From a virus, in the IMG/VR virus record IMGVR_UViG_3300027714_000004, positions 1 through 64,000 of that record: a DNA stretch of 64,000 nucleotides; one strand, written 5' to 3'. The position numbers and the translations under genes were made by a program. The notes beneath the pieces are model-generated. The model did not search any database and had not been told where the DNA came from. It saw only the letters and a program-made list of their open reading frames with translations. The stretch's first letter is position 1. Every line of letters starts with the position of its first letter. Below, one piece after another: positions 38,435 to 47,759 of the stretch.

Positions 38435-39785
38435 CGATGCCTACATGAGGAAGGTCGCCCCCTTCCTCGCTCCTGAATACTTTGAAGGTGCTTACAAAAG
38501 TATCTTCAAAGAGTTCAATGCATACATTGCAAAGTATAACAATCTTCCGTCCAAAGAGGCTCTCAAGATCGAGATCGACTCTGAGGGTAGAATGTCTGAC
38601 GAGCACTATCGTCATACTATGGACATCCTACCGGACATCTTCACATATGCCGAAGAAGACCTTACGTGGTTACTAGAACGCACTGAGAAGTGGTGTCAAG
38701 ACCGTGCGGTATTCAATGCAGTGATGGAGTCTATTACGATCATTGACGGTAAGCACCAAGAACTGTCCAAGAACGCAATCCCCGAAGTACTGTCTAAGGC
38801 ACTGTCGGTATCGTTTGATACTAACATTGGACACGACTATCTGGAGAATGTCGATTCTCGTTGGGACTTCTACACTATGGACGAGGAGAGAATGCCTTGG
38901 GACTTGGATTACTTCAACCGTATTACTAAAGGCGGTTTGCCCAATAAGACCCTGAACATTGCTCTTGCAGGAACTGGTGTTGGTAAGTCTTTGTTTATGT
39001 GTCACGCTGCGGCAGCTGCGATGAGTCAGAATAAGAATGTTCTGTATATCACTCTAGAGATGTCCGAAGAACGTATTGCAGAAAGAATCGATGCCAACTT
39101 ACTGAACGTCCCTATTGACCAGTTAGAGCATCTCACCAAAGATATGTTTGCAAGTCGTGTTAAGAAGGTGGCAGATAAAACTACGGGTAAACTTATTATT
39201 AAGGAATACCCGACTGGTAGTGCGCACTCAAACCACTTCCGTGCTCTTCTAAACGAGTTGAAACTAAAGAAGAAGTTCACTCCAGATATCATCTTTGTCG
39301 ACTACCTGAACATCTGTTCGTCGTCTAGGATGAAGGCTATGGGTGGTGCTATTAACTCATACACTTATATCAAGTCTATCGCAGAAGAGTTGCGCGGTCT
39401 TGCTGTTGAGTTTGATGTTCCGGTAGTATCTGCGACCCAGACTACACGTTCTGGTTATAGTAATGATGATGTTGGTCTAGAAGATACTTCGGAATCCTTT
39501 GGACTACCTGCTACTGCTGACCTTATGTTTGCTCTGATTAGTAATGATGAACTGAACGCGCAGGGTCAGATAATGGTCAAGCAGTTAAAGAATAGATATA
39601 ATGATATCGGTCAGAACCAAAGATTCGTTGTAGGTATTGACCGAAGCAAGATGAGATTGTTCGACGTAGACCAAAATGATTCTCCCCTAAATAAAGAAGT
39701 AGATCATGGCCCAGTATTTGATAAATCTAACTCAGGCCAACGAATTTCTTCTGAGAAGATGAACTTTGACGGTTTTACTTTATAA
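38385..39785 (+). CDS. gp41: Replicative helicase gp41
   Basis: AGTGVGKS, TLEMSE, DYLNIC and SESFGLPATAD motifs. Confidence 0.97.
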   Translation: MTEINLEQTILRNLLTNDAYMRKVAPFLAPEYFEGAYKSIFKEFNAYIAKYNNLPSKEALKIEIDSEGRMSDEHYRHTMDILPDIFTYAEEDLTWLLERTEKWCQDRAVFNAVMESITIIDGKHQELSKNAIPEVLSKALSVSFDTNIGHDYLENVDSRWDFYTMDEERMPWDLDYFNRITKGGLPNKTLNIALAGTGVGKSLFMCHAAAAAMSQNKNVLYITLEMSEERIAERIDANLLNVPIDQLEHLTKDMFASRVKKVADKTTGKLIIKEYPTGSAHSNHFRALLNELKLKKKFTPDIIFVDYLNICSSSRMKAMGGAINSYTYIKSIAEELRGLAVEFDVPVVSATQTTRSGYSNDDVGLEDTSESFGLPATADLMFALISNDELNAQGQIMVKQLKNRYNDIGQNQRFVVGIDRSKMRLFDVDQNDSPLNKEVDHGPVFDKSNSGQRISSEKMNFDGFTL

Positions 39786-39795
39786 GGAGTCCACT

Positions 39796-39984
39796 ATGGA
39801 TCCATACGCACATACAATCATCGCCTTGGCATTACTATTTATTTCCCATGTCGTAGGAAAGAAAATAGGAAGACAAGAAGGAATAACTTCGGCAGTCAAC
39901 TATCTCATGGAAATGGGCGCCCTCAATGAAGCAGATCTGAAAAGAGCGAATGAAAAGTTTGCTGAAAATGAGGAAGACCTTTAG
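39796..39984 (+). CDS. Small membrane protein
   Basis: AAGGAG SD and an N-terminal hydrophobic helix. Confidence 0.65.
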   Translation: MDPYAHTIIALALLFISHVVGKKIGRQEGITSAVNYLMEMGALNEADLKRANEKFAENEEDL

Positions 39985-39986
39985 TA

Positions 39987-40667
39987 ATGAGTGAAGTTAA
40001 TATTAGGAATAAAGAATTCCTTAGTGTCCTGAATAGTTTCTCTGATGAGATGTTATCAAAACCTTCTTACAATGATGAGAAGTATTGGTCATATTTTAAT
40101 CGTGAAGATATCTATAAAGGAAAAGAATATACTTCTAGAGAGTATCTAGACGAATGTCTTTCCAGATATCCTCAGTTAGTAGGTGCACCAGACAGATTTT
40201 TTGCACAAGCTATTTCTAAGATGGTTCGTATAGATCCTGATATGTGGGGAGACTTTATGCAGAAGGTCAAGTATGACTTCGCTGCGGAGATTGGAGCACA
40301 CACATCTGCATTACTCTCCTATTACCCGCCTGGCGGTTATGTCGGATGGCATACTAACTACAATGCGAATGCTTATCAGGTCTTATTCACGTGGTCAGAG
40401 ACCGGAGATGGGTACTTCCAGTACTATGATAAGAAGACAGACAAGATAGTCCGTATCCAAGATGTTGCGGGATGGCAATGCCGACACTATTACTTTGGTG
40501 CGGAACATGAAAAAGATTTGCACTGTTGGCACTCTGCTTACGCAGGATGTCAACGCATCACCCTAGCATACAAGTTCGTTAATGGTGGTAGTGTGAATAA
40601 CCCTGAAGACGCGCAAGCGAGAGCAATGCGTGATATGTTAATTGATGAAATAGAGAGTGAAGAATGA
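39987..40667 (+). CDS. 2OG-Fe(II) oxygenase-like protein, paralog B
   Basis: YPPGGYVGWHTN ... WHSA..CQRITLAY; paralog of 15645-16292. Confidence 0.55.
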   Translation: MSEVNIRNKEFLSVLNSFSDEMLSKPSYNDEKYWSYFNREDIYKGKEYTSREYLDECLSRYPQLVGAPDRFFAQAISKMVRIDPDMWGDFMQKVKYDFAAEIGAHTSALLSYYPPGGYVGWHTNYNANAYQVLFTWSETGDGYFQYYDKKTDKIVRIQDVAGWQCRHYYFGAEHEKDLHCWHSAYAGCQRITLAYKFVNGGSVNNPEDAQARAMRDMLIDEIESEE

Positions 40668-40942
40668 AGAAAAGTGATGTAGTAACAGTAGTGACAGTGA
40701 GTGGTGAGTATGTTGGTCGCCTAGATACAGTTCATAGTGATGGGGCAATTACCCTTAAAGACCCACGTATGTTGATCCACGGTGAGCAAGGTATTGGTTT
40801 TGCACGTGGTGTTTGCATGACCAGTAAAGAGAACCCAGAGAGTGTTAAATTTCAACAATACGTATTATGTACTGAGACGAACGATGACTTCTCGGCAGCA
40901 TGGTCAGAAGCAATTAGCGGATTAAAGTTGGTGGTGTCATAA
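40664..40942 (+). CDS. Sm/LSm-like conserved hypothetical protein
   Basis: DVVTVVTVSGEYVGRL...ITLKDPR, a beta-rich Sm-like pattern. Confidence 0.55.
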   Translation: MKKSDVVTVVTVSGEYVGRLDTVHSDGAITLKDPRMLIHGEQGIGFARGVCMTSKENPESVKFQQYVLCTETNDDFSAAWSEAISGLKLVVS

Positions 40943-41181
40943 TGATAGTTCAAGATAAAGAAAAAGTCGCAGCTGCGGTACGAGAAATGTCCGATAGTAT
41001 GTTGCGTATCGACGCAGAGAAAGAACTGATGAAAGACATCGTTGATGTTACTGCCGAGAAGTACGAGATTGACAAGAAGCAATTCCGTAAGATTGCTAAC
41101 ATCTTCCATAAGAGAAACCTCGAAGAAGCTCGTACTGAGACGAATGAGGTTTTTGAGTTGTACGAGGAACTTTTCAAGTAA
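40942..41181 (+). CDS. dsbA: T4 DsbA-like dsDNA-binding protein
   Basis: EMSDSMLRIDAEKELMKDI...FRKIANIFHK...ELYEELF pattern. Confidence 0.8.
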   Translation: MIVQDKEKVAAAVREMSDSMLRIDAEKELMKDIVDVTAEKYEIDKKQFRKIANIFHKRNLEEARTETNEVFELYEELFK

Positions 41182-41972
41182 TGTTATTAACTGCCGGTTG
41201 TAGTTTTGTCTGGGGGGATGAGTTAGAAGGATTTGATAACTCTCCCCCCACCCATTGGGATCTCACGTTTACGGCAATAACTGCTCGTGCGTTAGGCGTT
41301 GATTACGTAAACCGTGGTATTTGCGGTGCTTGTAATGAAAAGATCTTCCGTGAGGTTACGGACTTTCTCCACACGACCACTGAACCTGTCACCCATCTGG
41401 TGGTAATGTGGTCTGCGTGGCAACGAAAGGAACACGTCGAGTACATGCCAGAGATTGCGGAATTTAAACTCGGTAGACAAAATGATGTTACTCAATTTTC
41501 TTCACTGCGCACTAATGCTATACACGGCCGTGAGATGAGAACTTCGATGGAACATTGGTACTTTACTTCATATGATTCTAAGACTGATATTATGCACACT
41601 ATCAGTAATATGAAAGCACTAGAGATTATATGTGAAGCATCGGGAATCAAACTGATTCAAGGGGTGTTTCATAATAGGAACTGGTCTAACTTAATGTCTA
41701 TATTAAATGGACGACCTCCTCTTGACGCTACCAGAGATGCTAATGAAGATGAGATCTTTGATATAAACGATACCCCTGAATATAAGAAGTGGATTACTGA
41801 TTCTCTAGGGTCTCTCAAATCCACTAGTCGGGTAGGTCTCGGTAGGGGCAAAGATCTTTTCACAATAGGACTTGAATTACAGGACATACGAGAATTTGGA
41901 CATCCCGGCGAAAGAAGTCAGGAAGTCTTCTCTGAGTTTCTTTTGGAAACATTTGAAAACTCTAGTGATTAA
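41181..41972 (+). CDS. SGNH/GDSL hydrolase-like protein
   Basis: GCSFVWG, NRGICGACN and C-terminal GHPG motifs. Confidence 0.7.
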   Translation: MLLTAGCSFVWGDELEGFDNSPPTHWDLTFTAITARALGVDYVNRGICGACNEKIFREVTDFLHTTTEPVTHLVVMWSAWQRKEHVEYMPEIAEFKLGRQNDVTQFSSLRTNAIHGREMRTSMEHWYFTSYDSKTDIMHTISNMKALEIICEASGIKLIQGVFHNRNWSNLMSILNGRPPLDATRDANEDEIFDINDTPEYKKWITDSLGSLKSTSRVGLGRGKDLFTIGLELQDIREFGHPGERSQEVFSEFLLETFENSSD

Positions 41973-41976
41973 TAAG

Positions 41977-41984
41977 TATAAATA
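41977..41984 (+). promoter_or_regulatory. T4 late promoter
   Basis: TATAAATA. Confidence 0.75.
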
Positions 41985-42022
41985 CACTTATAATAATTGA
42001 CATTAATATTAGGAATAGTAAG

Positions 42023-42337
42023 ATGGGTATTGAATTGAATACGACAGATATAGTTTCTTTGGCTGTAGGAGGTATTGCTATATTACTTGCGGTTTACTGT
42101 ATTATAGGTGTATTGCGATGGCCGCCTGAGAAGAATGAATCGGCAGACACTACTACTCCAGACATTGAAGATACTTTCGAAGATCAACGAGTACAGTTTG
42201 ATAAAATGACCGTGCCTCAGTTAAAGAAGCACGTCAAAGAAAATAAAAATAAATTAGTCGAACCAATGGGACGTATGCCTACTAGGAAGGCAGATCTTGT
42301 TGAGACCTCTCTACGTATATGGACTCATGAAAAATGA
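42023..42337 (+). CDS. Membrane-anchored protein with Rho-N/SAP-like helical domain
   Basis: N-terminal TM segment; MTVPQLKK...RKADLV. Confidence 0.55.
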   Translation: MGIELNTTDIVSLAVGGIAILLAVYCIIGVLRWPPEKNESADTTTPDIEDTFEDQRVQFDKMTVPQLKKHVKENKNKLVEPMGRMPTRKADLVETSLRIWTHEK

Positions 42338-43005
42338 AACTACAATCTTTCAATTCCTTCTTGAACGAAGGTGTAAACGACCCAGCAATCTTTAAGGCAA
42401 TCTTCCTTGCAGGCGGGCCAGGCTCAGGTAAGTCGTTCATCGTCGGTAAGACGGGTCTGACTTCTATGGGTTATAAGGTGGTTAACTCTGATGATTCGTT
42501 TGAGAACGCTATGAAGAAAGCATCGATGGAAATGAATCCCGATAACATCTTCTCGGTCAAAGGTCAAGAACTCCGTGGTAAGGCAAAGAGTCTCACTGGC
42601 ACCAAACAAACGATGTACATCAAAGGTCGTCTAGGTTTGGTTATCGATGGTACTGGTAAAGACCCAAGTAAGATCGCAGCCCAAGCAAAGGAACTCAAGA
42701 AACTGGGTTACGATGTCGCAATGATTTTCGTTAACACCGATCTTGACACTGCAATCTCTCGTGATGCGCAACGTGCACGTACACTAGGTGCTAAAGGCGT
42801 TACTGAATATTGGAAAGCAGTACAGGCAAATATCGGTAAGTTCCAAACTATGTTCGGTAAGACGAACTTCCTAGTTGTGGATAACTCTGAAGGTAAGGAT
42901 TACCAGAAAGAGACACTACGCGCATATCGTGATGCTACCAAGTTCACCCAGTCACCTGTAGACAACTCTAAGGCAAAGAAGTGGATTGCCGGAGAAAAGA
43001 AATAA
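42334..43005 (+). CDS. P-loop kinase (PNK/zeta-toxin-like), probable capsid-internal protein
   Basis: LAGGPGSGKS, NSDD, VIDGT and R...R lid; N-terminus SFNSFLNE. Confidence 0.75.
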   Translation: MKLQSFNSFLNEGVNDPAIFKAIFLAGGPGSGKSFIVGKTGLTSMGYKVVNSDDSFENAMKKASMEMNPDNIFSVKGQELRGKAKSLTGTKQTMYIKGRLGLVIDGTGKDPSKIAAQAKELKKLGYDVAMIFVNTDLDTAISRDAQRARTLGAKGVTEYWKAVQANIGKFQTMFGKTNFLVVDNSEGKDYQKETLRAYRDATKFTQSPVDNSKAKKWIAGEKK

Positions 43006-43034
43006 TTGACATCCGTGGTACATTGTAGTATAAT
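43006..43034 (+). promoter_or_regulatory. Sigma70 promoter
   Basis: TTGACA-N17-TATAAT; a second promoter TTGACT-N17-TATAAT lies at 43118-43146. Confidence 0.8.
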
Positions 43035-43176
43035 AACTTCATTAATCAAATGAATTATAGGAACTGCAATGTACTACCATACCACCCCCCACCTCCCAAA
43101 CTTTCTTTACAATTCCCTTGACTTCTAACTAAAATACGTGTATAATACCTCTTTAGATACCACTTTGGAGAACTAC

Positions 43177-43701
43177 ATGGTACGTTTAGCAGCAGCACTG
43201 TCTTTACTTTGTTTCTTTGGTTACATCAGTATCGTTGATGCAGAAACCCCAGACATAACAAAGAATAATGATCTCGAATGTCTCGCCCTGAATATATATC
43301 ACGAGGCCCGAAGTGAGAGTCTCGCGGGTCAGTACGCAGTCGCAGATGTCACCCTCAATCGTGTACAAGATCGACGATACCCGTCCACCATATGTGGAGT
43401 AGTTAAACAGGCAGTATTAAGTCAATGGGGTTTAGACCGAGGTATGTCTATCCCAAGGAAAAATATGTGTCAGTTCAGTTGGTATTGTGACGGTCTCGCA
43501 GATGAACCAGTAGAAACGTATTCTTGGTTACGTGCACAGGACATAGCACGAGACATGATATTTGTCCGGAAGTACCGAGGAATAACCGAAGGGTCTACTC
43601 ACTATCATGCAAATTATGTTAACCCTAAGTGGAGTTCTCATGAAAGTATGCGACTGATAGGTAGAATAGGCGATCACATTTTCTATAAAGAGGAATACTA
43701 A
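43177..43701 (+). CDS. Cell wall hydrolase (SleB/Hydrolase_2)
   Basis: Signal peptide; CLALNIYHEARSE, CQFSWYCDG, THYHANYV.P.W and IGDHIFY motifs. Confidence 0.92.
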   Translation: MVRLAAALSLLCFFGYISIVDAETPDITKNNDLECLALNIYHEARSESLAGQYAVADVTLNRVQDRRYPSTICGVVKQAVLSQWGLDRGMSIPRKNMCQFSWYCDGLADEPVETYSWLRAQDIARDMIFVRKYRGITEGSTHYHANYVNPKWSSHESMRLIGRIGDHIFYKEEY

Positions 43702-43958
43702 TGCCTGTAGACTATGACTCAATACCGACCGGAAAGTTCCCTGAAGAAACTGACTTAGATCAAGTATATATATTATACGATCACATTGGCGGCATGATAG
43801 CCGTGTATGGTGACGGAGACCGAGCGATTGAACGTGCGGTCGATGAGATCACCAAAGACTATGACTACGACACCGTACATGTTGATATCTTTGATTGGGC
43901 TATCATGGTACGAAGTAATATTGGAGAGATCACAATATTAATTGAAAAAATATACTAA
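43701..43958 (+). CDS. Hypothetical protein
   Basis: TAATG-coupled ORF; no motif recognised. Confidence 0.6.
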   Translation: MPVDYDSIPTGKFPEETDLDQVYILYDHIGGMIAVYGDGDRAIERAVDEITKDYDYDTVHVDIFDWAIMVRSNIGEITILIEKIY

Positions 43959-43964
43959 AGGGTA

Positions 43965-43993
43965 TTGACACAACAAGTTTCTTTTGGTACAAT
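43965..43993 (+). promoter_or_regulatory. Sigma70 promoter for tRNA-Glu
   Basis: TTGACA-N17-TACAAT. Confidence 0.8.
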
Positions 43994-44005
43994 AACCACT
44001 TAAAT

Positions 44006-44081
44006 GTCCCGTTCGTCTAGAGGCCTAGGACACCGCCCTTTCACGGCGGTAACAGGGGTTCGACTCCCCTACGGGACGCCA
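44006..44081 (+). tRNA. tRNA-Glu(UUC)
   Basis: Cloverleaf, loop CTTTCAC, CCA end. Confidence 0.96.
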
Positions 44082-44105
44082 TTTTTAGTTAAAAGTCGTT
44101 TCTTG

Positions 44106-44113
44106 TATAAATA
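44106..44113 (+). promoter_or_regulatory. T4 late promoter
   Basis: TATAAATA before the fibre-like gene. Confidence 0.8.
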
Positions 44114-44143
44114 GTAGAAACACATTTATAATAGGAGGTCATT

Positions 44144-45766
44144 ATGTCTAATGATATCACAGCACCAAACGTTAGTAATAATGGCGAAACTAACGTCCCT
44201 ACTAATTTAGCACAGCAAAGCGGGTTACCCAATATGACAAGCACAAAAATATTCACCGTACAAACCGATATGATCGTCGAAGGTGACCTGTGGGCGACCA
44301 ACATCTTCGGGGCCGGCGGGGCCCCTCTTTCTACATATGCGATAAAGGTAGGATATAACCCCAGCGATCCTTCGGATCTTTCTTCTGTTCTATTAGATGC
44401 TGGTACTGACGGGACTGATGGTCAACTTACTATCACAAACATTACAGCAGACGGTACTGTAGACTTTACTGGTGCAACTTTAGTTGGCATTTCTGCTGGC
44501 GGAATTGACTTGAATGACCTTTCCGTATCTGTTGATGCAGCCGGTACCGCAAACCTTGCATACAATGACCTCACTGGTGTCTTTACATATACTCCACCCG
44601 ACCTATCATCTTACTTGACTGCAAGTAGTACAGATACTTTGACTAACAAGTCTGGTAGTAACTCTCAGTGGACTAATGACGAAGGTTTTACTACCAATAC
44701 TGGTACGGTTACTGATTCAAGCACCGATACTTTCACCAATAAATCTGGTAGTAACTCTCAGTGGACTAATGACGAAGGTTTTACTACCAATACTGGTACG
44801 GTTACTCCTTCTAGTACTGATGTGTTTACTAACAAGTCTGGTAGTAACTCTCAGTGGACTAATGACGAAGGTTTTACAACTAACACCGGAACAACTACAG
44901 CAGACAACGTTCAAACGTTTACTAACAAGTCGGGAAGCAATAGTCAATGGACTAATGACGAAGGTTTTACAACTAACGTAGGTGACATCACCGAAGTGGT
45001 TGCAGGAACCTCCTTATCAGGTGGTGCTACAAGTGGTTCAGCAACACTGGACGTAGCAAACGATGGTATTACTGCGACTCAACTTAGTGTAACAGGAAAC
45101 GGAAACGCTGGTCAGGTATTATCATCTGACGGAGACGGAACTTTCACTTGGATCGCTAGTGGCGCTGGTGGTGGCATATCCCTGACAGATCTGTCAGTAA
45201 CAGTTGCGGCTGTTGGTACTGCAAACCTTGCATACAATGGCCTCACTGGTGTTTTCACATATACTCCACCTGATCTGACAACTTACTTAACAGAAAGTAG
45301 CACATCGACTCTGACTAACAAGTCGGGAAGCAATAGTCAATGGACTAACGATGAAGGCTTTACTACCAATACTGGTACGGTTACTCCTTCAAGCACAGAC
45401 GTGTTTACTAATAAATCTGGAAGCAATAGTCAATGGACTAACGATGAAGGTTTTACAACTAACGTTGGTGACATCACAGAAGTAGTTGCCGGGACAGGTT
45501 TAACGGGTGGTGCTACAAGTGGTTCTGCTACTTTAGATATCGATTCTACCGTAGCGACACTAACGGGAGCACAGACTCTTACTAATAAAGCATTAACCTC
45601 TCCGGCTCTTACTACTCCAACTATTGAGGGTGGTACTAGTGATTGGCAGTTCTCTGTCTCTGGTGATGATCTCATCATTAGTTACGGTGGTGTCTCTAAG
45701 GCGAAGTTAACGACAACGGGTGACCTTGTTGTAGCAGGTAACCTAACAGCGTATGGTACTATCTAA
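44144..45766 (+). CDS. Repeat-rich fibre-like virion protein
   Basis: Thr/Gly-rich; six copies of TNKSGSNSQWTNDEGFTTN; GQVLSSDGDGTFTW and QTLTNK fibre motifs; late promoter. Confidence 0.7.
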   Translation: MSNDITAPNVSNNGETNVPTNLAQQSGLPNMTSTKIFTVQTDMIVEGDLWATNIFGAGGAPLSTYAIKVGYNPSDPSDLSSVLLDAGTDGTDGQLTITNITADGTVDFTGATLVGISAGGIDLNDLSVSVDAAGTANLAYNDLTGVFTYTPPDLSSYLTASSTDTLTNKSGSNSQWTNDEGFTTNTGTVTDSSTDTFTNKSGSNSQWTNDEGFTTNTGTVTPSSTDVFTNKSGSNSQWTNDEGFTTNTGTTTADNVQTFTNKSGSNSQWTNDEGFTTNVGDITEVVAGTSLSGGATSGSATLDVANDGITATQLSVTGNGNAGQVLSSDGDGTFTWIASGAGGGISLTDLSVTVAAVGTANLAYNGLTGVFTYTPPDLTTYLTESSTSTLTNKSGSNSQWTNDEGFTTNTGTVTPSSTDVFTNKSGSNSQWTNDEGFTTNVGDITEVVAGTGLTGGATSGSATLDIDSTVATLTGAQTLTNKALTSPALTTPTIEGGTSDWQFSVSGDDLIISYGGVSKAKLTTTGDLVVAGNLTAYGTI

Positions 45767-46374
45767 TGGCACTGCCTACGAGTGGTACTATAACACTGGA
45801 CGAAATCCACATTGAAGCTGGAGGTACTACTAGTACTCTAGCAACAATAAACGATGTGGATATTCGTGCGTTAATCGGCAAGGCAGCTGGTGTCGAGATG
45901 TCCTTTGATGAGTGGTATGCAGTCGCGGCACAATCCTTCACGGTAACTGAGGCCTCAGACCTATTCCTGACTACGTCATACTACGGTTTAAGAAATGGAG
46001 GTACCGCTGGATCTGCGTCTCCCACCAATATAACTGTTGCTGGTAATTCTCATCTGATAAAAGATTCTTTCCGAAGATGTGCTAGTTCAGCTGGTATCGA
46101 TGACGATACTACGTCAGCATTTTATTTCGGACTTTATTACACCGCTGCTGATGACCGACCTGCTGATAATTGGTTCACCTCACTTGACATTGATGCTACA
46201 GGGGGTACTATAAATATACCTCAATCGACTGCATCCATCTTCTTCACTGGTAGTGGGGCGACAGGATACAAAGAGTGGCGTTGGTTCTCTAGCGATTTCA
46301 CAACACAAGAACTCATTGACCTTTCATCTCAATGGGATGGTTCCGGTACTTCTGACGTAACAATAAACGAGTAA
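45766..46374 (+). CDS. Fibre-associated structural protein
   Basis: MALPTSGTITLDEI N-terminus typical of fibre-tip partner proteins; coupled to the upstream gene. Confidence 0.55.
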   Translation: MALPTSGTITLDEIHIEAGGTTSTLATINDVDIRALIGKAAGVEMSFDEWYAVAAQSFTVTEASDLFLTTSYYGLRNGGTAGSASPTNITVAGNSHLIKDSFRRCASSAGIDDDTTSAFYFGLYYTAADDRPADNWFTSLDIDATGGTINIPQSTASIFFTGSGATGYKEWRWFSSDFTTQELIDLSSQWDGSGTSDVTINE

Positions 46375-46379
46375 TAACA

Positions 46380-46574
46380 ATGGCTATCACTCTTACATAC
46401 GATACTCCTGTCACCGGACAAGATAGACTATCCGGTACGGTAACCTTTGATACAGGCACAGGTGAATTTTCCTGTCCTATTATCTACAATGCTGAGACGA
46501 TGGATCTGCCAGCAACCGAAGCAAGGATGACACTACATATACAGGAATCAACAGATCCTGAAACAACCCCTTAA
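46380..46574 (+). CDS. Hypothetical protein
   Basis: ORF in the fibre operon. Confidence 0.55.
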   Translation: MAITLTYDTPVTGQDRLSGTVTFDTGTGEFSCPIIYNAETMDLPATEARMTLHIQESTDPETTP

Positions 46575-46587
46575 TAGGAACTATATT

Positions 46588-46800
46588 ATGCCAATGAAGT
46601 ACCAAGAAGATATTGTAACTAAAGATCGTAAGACCCTTAGATTATCAACCCAAAGATTTTATATGCACACCCTTAGTACCCCATCTTTATGGGAAGAGTT
46701 TGGAAGATGCCGTACCCCCAAGATTAAGGCTAAGTTTCGTAATGAACTCGTGAAGCGTGGGTTTTCAGATCAAACAATATTATCTAGTCAGTCCTCTTGA
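46588..46800 (+). CDS. Hypothetical basic protein
   Basis: AGGA SD; KIKAKFRNELVKRG. Confidence 0.6.
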   Translation: MPMKYQEDIVTKDRKTLRLSTQRFYMHTLSTPSLWEEFGRCRTPKIKAKFRNELVKRGFSDQTILSSQSS

Positions 46801-46825
46801 CATAGAGGTCTAACTGTAGTATAAT
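46797..46825 (+). promoter_or_regulatory. Sigma70 promoter for the tRNA cluster
   Basis: TTGACA-N17-TATAAT. Confidence 0.85.
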
Positions 46826-46835
46826 ACAGTCTTAT

Positions 46836-46910
46836 TCCGAAGTAGCTCAGTGGTAGAGCAGTTGACTGTTAATCAATTGGTCGTTGGTTCGACCCCAACC
46901 TTCGGAGCCA
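46836..46910 (+). tRNA. tRNA-Asn(GUU)
   Basis: Cloverleaf, loop CTGTTAA, CCA end. Confidence 0.95.
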
Positions 46911-46914
46911 GAAT

Positions 46915-46999
46915 GCGGGTGTGGTGGAATTGGTAGACACGCTAGATTTAGGTTCTAGTGTCGCAAGACGTGGAGGTTCAAGTCCTCTCACCCGTACCA
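46915..46999 (+). tRNA. tRNA-Leu(UAG)
   Basis: Long variable arm, loop TTTAGGT, CCA end. Confidence 0.95.
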
Positions 47000-47023
47000 A
47001 TACAGTAATATTATGAGTGATAT

Positions 47024-47455
47024 ATGAAAATAAAACGAAGAATGTACGCGCACACTCCCCCATTCAGCTATGTCCGCCATAGCAATGAAGAAATTTATCC
47101 TGACCCTATCAGCGAGACTCTAGAGTTCGAAAGATACTCGGATGGCGTTTCTATGAAAGATGTAGAAGACGGTCTGGATCATATCGATTACAAGTTCAAT
47201 GAAGGCGAACTTATTCAAGAGTTTAAGGATTATATCGACTCTACATACAACGCACACTATTGTACTTCTGGGATTCAATCCAGTGAAGTCATTATTGATC
47301 GTGGGCATGGTATGGGTTTCTTTCTAGGTAATGTGGATAAGTATAATGCACGTTATGGAAACAAAGGTGATGTAGTAGATCACCGAAAAGACCTTATGAA
47401 GGTATTACATTATGCTTTATTAGCATTACACACACATGATTTGGAAAATACGTAA
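47024..47455 (+). CDS. DUF3310-like protein (T7 gp1.7 nucleotide-kinase-like)
   Basis: HY...GFFLGNVDKYNARYGNK...DLMKVLHY; start uncertain (possibly 47153). Confidence 0.65.
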   Translation: MKIKRRMYAHTPPFSYVRHSNEEIYPDPISETLEFERYSDGVSMKDVEDGLDHIDYKFNEGELIQEFKDYIDSTYNAHYCTSGIQSSEVIIDRGHGMGFFLGNVDKYNARYGNKGDVVDHRKDLMKVLHYALLALHTHDLENT

Positions 47456-47462
47456 AGAACGT

Positions 47463-47658
47463 GTCTGGTAACTCAGACTAGTAGTATGTTGTTCCTTCTA
47501 CGATGAGAATGAGGATTAGTTGCCTCAAATAGGAACACGACACCAAGTAGGTCGGTAACTGGTACCGTTAGTCAGAAGCGCTGGAGATCGTGCGCGTGAA
47601 TGGTTATAAAGATAGGTTATCTTTAACTAAGGTCAAGGAAGGGGTTATGGCACCAGAT
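47463..47658 (+). ncRNA. Candidate structured ncRNA A
   Basis: No ORF in the track; nested helices found by eye (see findings). Confidence 0.55.
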
Positions 47659-47665
47659 AAATTAT

Positions 47666-47742
47666 GGACTGGTAGTTCAGTTGGTTAGAATATCGGCCTG
47701 TCACGCCGAGGGTCGCGGGTTCGAGTCCCGTCCAGTCCGCCA
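47666..47742 (+). tRNA. tRNA-Asp(GUC)
   Basis: Cloverleaf, loop CTGTCAC, CCA end. Confidence 0.96.
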
Positions 47743-47759
47743 ATTAATGATTAAGGAAA

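Noticed and set aside
42334-43005. Zeta toxin of a toxin-antitoxin pair
   Set aside because: No antitoxin evident; the late context and targeting-like N-terminus favour a virion kinase.
44641-45480. Regularly spaced repeats as CRISPR or DGR template
   Set aside because: The period is a multiple of 3 with synonymous changes, so these are protein repeats; no reverse transcriptase or cas genes seen.
46869-47063. Minus-strand ORFs over tRNAs (also 48239-48547 and 49860-50060)
   Set aside because: Antisense translations of tRNA genes.
47490-47537. Hammerhead ribozyme
   Set aside because: CGATGAG resembles the core, but the exact CUGANGA and GAAA elements are missing.
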